In this document: positions 26,305-33,182 of the stretch, piece after piece
How the letters are laid out: the number at the start of each line of letters is the position of its first letter
Position numbering within the stretch: position 1 is the first letter of the stretch
NCBI GenBank assembly: GCA_030605265.1
Contig: JAUWIR010000002.1
Coordinates: forward strand, 1-33,182
Direction: 5' to 3'
Origin: Pseudomonadota bacterium
Lineage (GTDB): Bacteria > SZUA-182 > DTGQ01
Length of the DNA: 33,182 nt
Made by a program: the position numbers and the translations under genes
Notes under the pieces: generated by a model
What the model was told of the DNA's origin: nothing
Databases searched by the model: none
What the model saw: the letters and a program-made list of their open reading frames with translations, nothing else

Positions 26305-28503
26305 ATGTTCTCGAATAATCCTTTCAATATTTATTCCATCCCGGCTTTAATTAATTGCCTTTTTATCCTATTTTTTGGATTTTTTGTTTATTTTGACAAT
26401 AGGAGAAGGTTTTCCCATAAAATTTTTTTTCTGGCTATGTTTAGTGTAGGGCTAATGGAATTCGGAAATTTTATGTTATTGAATGCCGCAAATCCTGCTC
26501 ACTTCCTTTTTTGGGGGAAAGTAAGTCTAACCGGATGTTGTTTTATTCCTGCCAATTGGTCGTTATTTAGCCTTATCTTTGGCAGAAATAATGAAGAAGA
26601 ACAAAAGGAGTGGAAGAGAAAATGGAAAATTTTTATACTTTGTATTTATATTATTTCATTTATTTTTTTCCTTTTTGTTCCCACCAACTTGTTCATTTTT
26701 CTTCCCTCTCAATCAATCCGATCATCAGGCTTTTATCCTTTAGACAGTCTATTTCTTTTAGGGAAGATCGGGCGATTTTTTCCCTTTTTCCTTTTAATGA
26801 CTTTTGTTTTTATTCTTTGTAATTTAGAGACAATTTACAGGAATTCAAAAGGTATTAAAAGTTGGCAAATTAAATATAGTATCATGGGAATTTTCGCACC
26901 CTTTCTGTTTTATATTTATCTTGCCAGCAGGGCCATTCTATTTCCTTTTATCAAACTGAATACTTTGCCCTTTAGCTCGATTATAATCCTTATTTCAACC
27001 GGTCTCCTTTGCTTCAGTATTGTCAGACATCGATTAATGGACATTGATTTAAATTTATCAAGACACGTATTTTATGGATCATTTACCATTACTTTAGTGA
27101 GTGGTTATCTTTTTTTTATCGGATTGGCAGGTGAACTTGTAAGAGTATTCAAAATTAATTTTAATCAGCTTTTTTATCCGGTAATCATTCTTTTCATCCT
27201 CATGGTCTTTTCAACTTTCCTCTTATTAGACAAAAATCGGAAAAAAATTAAGAATTTTTTTGACAGGCATGTTTACAGAAATAAATATGATTACAGGTTT
27301 GAATGGACTGAATTGACAAAACGAGTGAGCACGGTATTAAATCTTGATGAGATGCTGGATAAATTCATGGAATATATTTCTGAAACCATGTGCGTAAAAG
27401 AGGTCTATATTTGGCTTTATCTTGAAGATGATGCACAATATGTTTTTGTTGCCTCCACTCCTGAAATGAATAAACAAAAAATAGTATTTGATAAAAAAAG
27501 TTTATTAATAGAATTTATTCGATTGAAAAAGGTCCCTTTTTCTCTTTCTCCTTCATTTGTCAATAAACAGGAAAATAATTTTTTGTTGAAAAGTAAAGAG
27601 TTTTTTGATTTATATAAAATTAATACTTTAAGTCCTCTGATGATAAATCAAGAATTAATAGGGTTTATTGCCTTGGGGAAAGAGATAACCGGCGCAACCT
27701 ATAATTATGAGGACTATGATATTTTAAAAACTATTTGCCATCAGGCGGCAAGCGCTATAATGAATATCAAGCTTTCCGAGCGTCTTCATTTAGCCAAAGA
27801 GATAGACCTGATGAATAAAATATCTTCCTTTGTCCTCCATGATCTAAAAAATTCCATCTCAATGCTCTCTTTAATCATCCAGAATGCTTCTCATAATATT
27901 CAAAAACCGGAATTTCAAAAAGACCTTATGGAAACCATCTCTAAAACCATTACGAATATGAATAAGTTGATGGGTAAAATGGCTTCAATGCCAAAAGAGA
28001 TTATTCTAGAGAAGACAGAAACAGATATTGTTCAGATGCTGGGAGAAATTATTCAAGATATGAGATTGGGAAACAATGGGATTAGACTTGAAGAAAATTA
28101 TGAAAACCTACCAAGAGTTAAAGTGGATCAGCAGAGAATAAGAAGTGTTTTTCATAATATCATTATGAATGCCCAAGAATCTTTGTTAAATAATGGAAAT
28201 GGAAATGGAAACGGGCAAAAAATAGCAATTGCCACATTTGTAGAAAATTCTTCCTTAGTTATTGAAATTTCTGACAATGGAATGGGTATGTCAAAGGATT
28301 TTCTTGACAAAAAATTATTTAAACCTTTTCAAACAACTAAAAAGAAAGGTCTGGGGATCGGCCTTTATCAGTGCAAAATGATCATAGTCGCCCATGGAGG
28401 AAGGATTGAAGTAAAAAGTAAGCAAGGGGAGGGGAGTACTTTTAGAGTGTATTTATGTATTGATGATGATTTTTTGCACACCATAAAGAAAAAAATGTTT
28501 TAA
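26305..28503 (+). CDS. prsK: Multi-TM sensor histidine kinase with a GAF-like domain, resembling the PEP-CTERM-system kinase PrsK
   Basis: The hydrophobic N-terminal region is about 300 aa (8 or more helices), followed by a central GAF-like region. The H-box is FVLHDLKNSISMLS, the N-box is FHNIIMNAQESL, and the G-boxes are ISDNGMGM and GLGIGLYQCKMIIVAHGGRIEV. Subfamily assignment rests on architecture and context only. Confidence 0.85.
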   Translation: MFSNNPFNIYSIPALINCLFILFFGFFVYFDNRRRFSHKIFFLAMFSVGLMEFGNFMLLNAANPAHFLFWGKVSLTGCCFIPANWSLFSLIFGRNNEEEQKEWKRKWKIFILCIYIISFIFFLFVPTNLFIFLPSQSIRSSGFYPLDSLFLLGKIGRFFPFFLLMTFVFILCNLETIYRNSKGIKSWQIKYSIMGIFAPFLFYIYLASRAILFPFIKLNTLPFSSIIILISTGLLCFSIVRHRLMDIDLNLSRHVFYGSFTITLVSGYLFFIGLAGELVRVFKINFNQLFYPVIILFILMVFSTFLLLDKNRKKIKNFFDRHVYRNKYDYRFEWTELTKRVSTVLNLDEMLDKFMEYISETMCVKEVYIWLYLEDDAQYVFVASTPEMNKQKIVFDKKSLLIEFIRLKKVPFSLSPSFVNKQENNFLLKSKEFFDLYKINTLSPLMINQELIGFIALGKEITGATYNYEDYDILKTICHQAASAIMNIKLSERLHLAKEIDLMNKISSFVLHDLKNSISMLSLIIQNASHNIQKPEFQKDLMETISKTITNMNKLMGKMASMPKEIILEKTETDIVQMLGEIIQDMRLGNNGIRLEENYENLPRVKVDQQRIRSVFHNIIMNAQESLLNNGNGNGNGQKIAIATFVENSSLVIEISDNGMGMSKDFLDKKLFKPFQTTKKKGLGIGLYQCKMIIVAHGGRIEVKSKQGEGSTFRVYLCIDDDFLHTIKKKMF

Positions 28504-28647
28504 GATCAAACACTTTTTTCCCCTCCTCACATTTCCCGCCTTATATATTCCTCTTGATTATTCTCCCAATAAAACTATTTTTTTTTTATTCTTCAATAAA
28601 AATAGCGCTAATAGCCCAAGATTTCTCTTTTTGCTCTTTTTGCTGAA

Positions 28648-28716
28648 TCAGCTTAACAGCTTATCAACTTAACAGCTTAATTCATCAGCTTAACAGCTAA
28701 TCAGCTCATCAGCTTA
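28648..28716 (+). promoter_or_regulatory. Tandem array of about 8 degenerate WCAGCTTA octamers, a candidate upstream activator site
   Basis: tcagctta acagctta tcaactta acagctta (at) tcatcagctta acagcta a tcagctca tcagctta. The array ends 8 nt before the -24 element and is preceded by ctctttttg x2 (28625-28642) and a T10 tract (28578-28587). Confidence 0.5.
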
Positions 28717-28724
28717 ATTTTTTA

Positions 28725-28740
28725 TGGCATACTTTATGCT
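28725..28740 (+). promoter_or_regulatory. Sigma-54 (RpoN) -24/-12 promoter
   Basis: TGGCAT-ACTTT-ATGCT compared with the consensus TGGCAC-N5-TTGCW. The GG and GC dinucleotides are at exactly the canonical spacing. It lies about 66 nt upstream of the asnB-like ATG (28807). Confidence 0.65.
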
Positions 28741-28806
28741 TTATTCAAGATGAAGAAAAATAAGATCTTAAACTCATAACAACAAAACCGACTCTTTAAT
28801 TATTCT

Positions 28807-30726
28807 ATGTGCGGAATTGCAGGAATCTTAAATCTTAATGAAGGCGCTCTTGATGAAGGCACCCCTGAGGTCCTCTCTTCTATGATCAGAGAGCTTTCTC
28901 ATCGCGGGCCCGATGAATCCGGTTTTTTTATGAAGGGAGCAATTGCTCTAGGCCATGCTCGTTTGAGTATTATTGATTTATCTACAGGTAGTCAACCTAT
29001 CTGTAATGAAGATAGAAGCGTTTGGATTATTTTTAATGGGGAGATTTTTAATTACCTTGAGTTAAAAGAGGATTTAGAAAAAAGAGGGCACCGGTTCTCA
29101 ACAAAGACTGATACTGAAGTGATCATCCACAGTTATGAAGAAAAAGGGATGGATTGTCTCAATGATTTAAATGGTCAATTCGCTTTGGCTCTATGGGATG
29201 AAAAAAAACAAACTCTTTATCTGGCCAGGGATAGAGTAGGAATTTGTCCTCTTTTTTATACCACCTATGGAGGAAGAATGATATTTGCTTCAGAGGTTAA
29301 ATCAATTTTTCAGTATCCAGGGATTGAGCGCAAAATTGATTTTAAGGGGTTAGATCAGATTTTTACTTTATGGACTACCATTCCTCCAAGAACAATTTTC
29401 CAGGATATTTCCGAAATTCCTGCAGGAAATTACTTGGAAGTTAAAAATGGGAAATTCCAAAAAAAACAGTATTGGGATTTTGACTTTCATGCTGATGATC
29501 CACCCTATAAAGAATCATTTTATGCAGAGCAACTTACTCATCTTCTTGTATCAGCCATTACTATCCGATTAAGATCCGATGTTCCAGTGGGAGTGTACCT
29601 GAGCGGAGGGCTTGATTCTTCTATTGTGGCCTCTCTTATCCACCGCTTTACTGATAATTCTCTAAAAACCTTTTCCATTACTTTTGAAAATAAAGATTTT
29701 GATGAATCATCCTATCAAAAGCAGATGGTGGATTTTTTAGGCACTGATCACAGCTCTGTTTCTATAAACTGTGAAGATATTTATAAGGTATTCTCACGAA
29801 TCATTTGGCACAGTGAGAAGCCAATTTTACGCACCTCCCCGGCGCCCTTATATAGATTATCTAAACTGGTAAATGAGCATAATTATAAGGTTGTGCTTTC
29901 AGGGGAAGGCGCTGACGAGTTTTTTACCGGGTACAATATTTTTAAGGAAGCAAAAATTCGGGAATTCTGGGCGAAAGATCCGGATTCTATTTATAGACCT
30001 TTACTGTTAAAAAAATTATATCCTTATTTAAATTTACCCCGTGACAAAGGGAATATTTTTCTTAAAAAATTTTTTAATTATAAATTAACAGAAACTGCCG
30101 ATCCTTTTTATTCTCATTTAATTCGGTGGAAGAATACTGCTGTTCTTAAAGGGTATTTCTCCTCTGAGGTAAAGAAAGCTTTAGCCGGGTATAATTGTTT
30201 AGAGGATTTTGAGAAAAAAAATTTTGAAGATTGGAATATTGTATCAAGGGCCCAATATATTGAAGCAAAAACTTTTTTGAGTGGATATTTATTAAGTACC
30301 CAGGGCGACCGGATGCTCATGGCCAATTCAGTGGAAGGAAGGTTTCCTTTTCTTGATCACAGGGTAATTGAGTTTTGTAATAGAATACCTGCAAAATTGA
30401 AACTGAAAATATTATCTGAAAAGAATATTCTCAAAAAAGCTTCTAAGCCTTTTCTTCCTGCTGAAATAACTGAAAGAAAAAAACAACCTTACAGAGCGCC
30501 GATCAGTAAAAATTTTCTTGGCAATGACCAAAAAGGATATGTTTTGGATTTATTGTCCTCCAAAAGAGTAAAAGAGGCAGGGTATTTCTCAGCTGATGGA
30601 ACCCAAAAACTTGTTAATAAGATAGTCAAATTAGGCGATCATTTAGGAGAACGAGATAATATGGCGCTGGTGGGAATTCTTTCCACCCAATTATTACATT
30701 CACTATTCATTGAGAATACCGGTTAA
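28807..30726 (+). CDS. asnB: Asparagine synthase (glutamine-hydrolysing) family amidotransferase, resembling the exosortase-locus-associated type
   Basis: The N-terminal MCGIAGI provides the Ntn Cys nucleophile. HRGPDE and RLSIIDL are present. The PP-loop is YLSGGLDSS. Confidence 0.9.
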   Translation: MCGIAGILNLNEGALDEGTPEVLSSMIRELSHRGPDESGFFMKGAIALGHARLSIIDLSTGSQPICNEDRSVWIIFNGEIFNYLELKEDLEKRGHRFSTKTDTEVIIHSYEEKGMDCLNDLNGQFALALWDEKKQTLYLARDRVGICPLFYTTYGGRMIFASEVKSIFQYPGIERKIDFKGLDQIFTLWTTIPPRTIFQDISEIPAGNYLEVKNGKFQKKQYWDFDFHADDPPYKESFYAEQLTHLLVSAITIRLRSDVPVGVYLSGGLDSSIVASLIHRFTDNSLKTFSITFENKDFDESSYQKQMVDFLGTDHSSVSINCEDIYKVFSRIIWHSEKPILRTSPAPLYRLSKLVNEHNYKVVLSGEGADEFFTGYNIFKEAKIREFWAKDPDSIYRPLLLKKLYPYLNLPRDKGNIFLKKFFNYKLTETADPFYSHLIRWKNTAVLKGYFSSEVKKALAGYNCLEDFEKKNFEDWNIVSRAQYIEAKTFLSGYLLSTQGDRMLMANSVEGRFPFLDHRVIEFCNRIPAKLKLKILSEKNILKKASKPFLPAEITERKKQPYRAPISKNFLGNDQKGYVLDLLSSKRVKEAGYFSADGTQKLVNKIVKLGDHLGERDNMALVGILSTQLLHSLFIENTG

Positions 30727-30756
30727 AATCCATAACTAAAAAAAAGGGGGAGATTC

Positions 30757-31026
30757 ATGGATCAAAATGAATTAAGAAAAAGTGTCCGGAATTTTATTCA
30801 AGAGAATTTTATTTTTGATAAAGACTATTCCTTTCAGGACGACTCTTCATTTTTAGATGAGGGGATTATCGACTCAACAGGGATATTGGAATTGGTTGCC
30901 TTTTTGGAAGAAAATTTTCATATAAAAGTGGAAGATGAAGAACTTATCCCGGACAATCTTGATTCTGTAAATAATATAATACATTACTTACAGAAAAAAG
31001 TGTCCAAGATATCAGTGCTTGTTTGA
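30757..31026 (+). CDS. Acyl/peptidyl carrier protein (phosphopantetheine attachment)
   Basis: 89 aa and acidic, with GIIDSTGILELVAFLEE (DSxx Ser attachment motif). A GGGGGAG Shine-Dalgarno sequence lies upstream. Confidence 0.8.
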   Translation: MDQNELRKSVRNFIQENFIFDKDYSFQDDSSFLDEGIIDSTGILELVAFLEENFHIKVEDEELIPDNLDSVNNIIHYLQKKVSKISVLV

Positions 31027-31117
31027 TACGATCCAGGTTTTGAAAATCTGAGTCTTACATTATTTTGAGGCTTATATTATATAGAAAAAATTATAATCAT
31101 AAAAAAAATAAAAAATT

Positions 31118-32671
31118 ATGAGATATTTATTACAGCATTTTTTAGAATACACTGCGGAGAAATTTTCTGATAAAACAGCCCTTGTATTTGAGAAGAATCG
31201 GTTTACTTTTCGACAAATTGAAGAAAAAGCCAATCAATTGGCTAATTGCCTCATAAGGTATGGCATCAAAAGGGGTGATAGAGTTGCTGTATTTATGGAT
31301 AATTCAGCAGAGGCAATTATTTCACTGTTCGGGATATTAAAGGCTGATGCAGTTTTTAGTATCTTAAGCTCAACAATAAAAAGCCAAAAGCTTCAGTTTA
31401 TATTAAATAATTCTGAAGCTAAAATTTTAATTACCCACAAAAATAAATATCGATTTCTTCAGCCTATTGTCAATAACTTAACCTCTTTGCAGCATATTAT
31501 CATAGCCGGGCCAAAGGAAAAAAACGGGGCTTTCAGCAGCAGTGTCTGGGATGAAGTAATTCATGGAAATATGGTGACCAGGCCGGCAACAAAAAATATT
31601 GGTCTTGATCTGGCCAGTATCATTTACACCTCAGGTTCAACAGGTGAGCCAAAGGGAGTAATGCTCACCCACTGCAATATGATTTCAGCAGCAAAGTCAA
31701 TTACCACGTATCTTCAGAATAATGATCAGGATATTATCTTAAGTACTCTTCCTTTATCCTTTGACTACGGCCTTTACCAGGTATTAATGACCAGTTTTTT
31801 TGGCGGCACCCTTGTTCTTGAAAGATCATTCTTATATCTTTTTGAAGTGTTAAAAAAGATACGCCAAGAGAAAGTAACCGGTTTTCCCATTGTGCCCACC
31901 ATGGCTGCCACCTTATTGCGTATGAAGGATTTATCTCAGTTTGATTTTTTAAGTCTGCGCTATCTTACTAATACTGCCGCCGTCTTGCCGGTGGATCATA
32001 TTAAACGATTACAATCGATTTTTCCTGAAGTGAAGATCTTTTCCATGTATGGACTTACCGAATGTAAAAGAGTTGCCTATTTACCTCCCGAAGACCTCGA
32101 ATCAAAACCTGCTTCAGTAGGGAAAGCTATGCCGAATGAGGAGGTTTATATTGTCAATGAAAAGGGGGAGCAACTGAACTCCGGGCAGATAGGGGAACTT
32201 GTTGTCCGAGGAAGCAATATAATGAAAGGTTACTGGCGGGACCAAAAAGCTACTGAAAAAGTATTAAAAGAGGGCTTATTTCCCGGGGAAAAAACTCTCT
32301 ATACAGGTGATCTTTTCACCATGGATGAAGAGGGATATTTATATTTTGTGTCCAGAAAAGACGATATGATTAAAAGCAGAGGAGAGCGCATAAGTCCCAA
32401 GGAGATTGAGGATGTGCTCCATCAATTAAAAGGGGTAATAGAGGCGGCTGTTATTGGAGTTCAGGATGAAATTTTAGGGCAAGCCATCAAAGCCTTTATT
32501 CTTACTGAGGATGAAAATTTGAAGGAAAGAGAAGTGATCGCCTTTTGCATGAAACATTTGGAATATTTTATGGTCCCCAAAAGTATTGAATTTGTAAAGC
32601 ATTTTCCCCGCACCAGTACGGGAAAAATTGATAAAAAAATATTGAAAAAGAAAACCGGTCTGGTTTCATGA
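31118..32671 (+). CDS. AMP-dependent acyl-CoA/acyl-ACP ligase (ANL superfamily)
   Basis: IIYTSGSTGEPKGVMLTH (A3 core), YGLTE (A5), YTGDL (A7), SRKDDMIKSRGERISPKEIE (A8) and TSTGKIDKK (A10). Confidence 0.9.
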   Translation: MRYLLQHFLEYTAEKFSDKTALVFEKNRFTFRQIEEKANQLANCLIRYGIKRGDRVAVFMDNSAEAIISLFGILKADAVFSILSSTIKSQKLQFILNNSEAKILITHKNKYRFLQPIVNNLTSLQHIIIAGPKEKNGAFSSSVWDEVIHGNMVTRPATKNIGLDLASIIYTSGSTGEPKGVMLTHCNMISAAKSITTYLQNNDQDIILSTLPLSFDYGLYQVLMTSFFGGTLVLERSFLYLFEVLKKIRQEKVTGFPIVPTMAATLLRMKDLSQFDFLSLRYLTNTAAVLPVDHIKRLQSIFPEVKIFSMYGLTECKRVAYLPPEDLESKPASVGKAMPNEEVYIVNEKGEQLNSGQIGELVVRGSNIMKGYWRDQKATEKVLKEGLFPGEKTLYTGDLFTMDEEGYLYFVSRKDDMIKSRGERISPKEIEDVLHQLKGVIEAAVIGVQDEILGQAIKAFILTEDENLKEREVIAFCMKHLEYFMVPKSIEFVKHFPRTSTGKIDKKILKKKTGLVS

Positions 32672-32711
32672 AAAAAATTCAATAGTTCTTTGACCGGCGA
32701 AAGGGGTTTTT

Positions 32712-33182
32712 ATGAACTGTTGTCAGAATGTAACAGCCCAAAAAATTTGTCAAAAATGCGTTCTTCCTGATACTTTCCCTAATATTCGTTTTGATCTTGA
32801 AGGCACTTGCCAGTATTGCCGTTCACATTCATCTAATAGTGACCTTGAAGAAGCGAAAACCAAGTATGGTTCCCGGTTTGAAGAATTAATTACCACCATG
32901 AAGACCTCAACCCATTCTTATGATGCTCTTGTAGCTTTTAGTGGTGGAAAAGACAGTACGTATACGCTGGATGTGCTAAAAAATCATTATGGACTCAGAC
33001 TTTTGGCCTTGACTTTTGATCATGGGTTTATTTCACCCTATGCTCTAAATAATATCAATCAAGTAATTGAAAATTTAGGTATAGATCATATTTTCTTTAA
33101 GCCGGACTTTCAACTTCTCTGCAATATTTTTCGCTTTTCCTTGGAACATGAATTTCATCCTCCAAAGGCCTTGGAGCGGGCA
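32712..33182 (+). CDS. N-acetyl sugar amidotransferase (PP-loop ATPase, WbpG/LfnA-like), 3' truncated by the window edge
   Basis: The N-terminal zinc-ribbon-like region is CQKCVLPDTFPNIRFDLEGTCQYC, followed by the PP-loop AFSGGKDST. The frame is open to the window end. An AAGGGG Shine-Dalgarno sequence lies upstream. Confidence 0.75.
   Translation, partial: MNCCQNVTAQKICQKCVLPDTFPNIRFDLEGTCQYCRSHSSNSDLEEAKTKYGSRFEELITTMKTSTHSYDALVAFSGGKDSTYTLDVLKNHYGLRLLALTFDHGFISPYALNNINQVIENLGIDHIFFKPDFQLLCNIFRFSLEHEFHPPKALERA

Overview
This AT-rich window (GC not computed) is almost entirely one large cell-surface or exopolysaccharide (EPS) biosynthesis locus. About 26 of its 27 genes are on the + strand. 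It encodes three GT2 and at least four GT4-type glycosyltransferases, a Wzx-like flippase and a Wzy/O-antigen-ligase-like membrane protein. It also encodes two NodB-type polysaccharide deacetylases, two hexapeptide acetyltransferases, and many ATP-dependent carboxylate-activating or amide-forming enzymes (PaaK/CapK-like ligase, ATP-grasp ligase, AsnB-like amidotransferase, ACP plus acyl-CoA ligase, WbpG-like N-acetyl sugar amidotransferase). Several genes look like markers of PEP-CTERM/exosortase-type EPS loci: a PrsK-like histidine kinase, a small CPBP/CAAX-protease-like membrane protein, an AsnB-like amidotransferase, an ACP with an AMP-ligase, and an O-antigen-ligase-like protein. No exosortase, PrsR regulator, PEP-CTERM substrate, Wza/Wzc export gene or priming transferase is visible, so the locus probably continues beyond both edges. 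The parts that look least described are listed here. (1) A sub-operon begins with a translationally coupled DUF362 and radical-SAM/SPASM pair. It continues with an APH-like kinase, a GT, a deacetylase, an ATP-grasp ligase, a PHP phosphoesterase, a possible SGNH-like protein and an acetyltransferase. (2) A CPBP protease gene overlaps, tail to tail, a 967-aa secreted multidomain protein that ends in an acidic linker and a short Cys-containing hydrophobic tail. (3) A near-consensus sigma-54 promoter sits just downstream of a tandem WCAGCTTA 8-mer array, between the orphan kinase and the asnB-ACP-ligase operon. (4) A repeated intergenic element built around ATCCTGT 9-mers occurs upstream of two operons. 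Smaller observations are a GT2 gene with an in-frame TAA and a G10 tract, and a collapsed GxxExxY (PD-(D/E)XK) gene relic flanked by inverted repeats. All functional calls come from motif recognition by eye, with no searches run.
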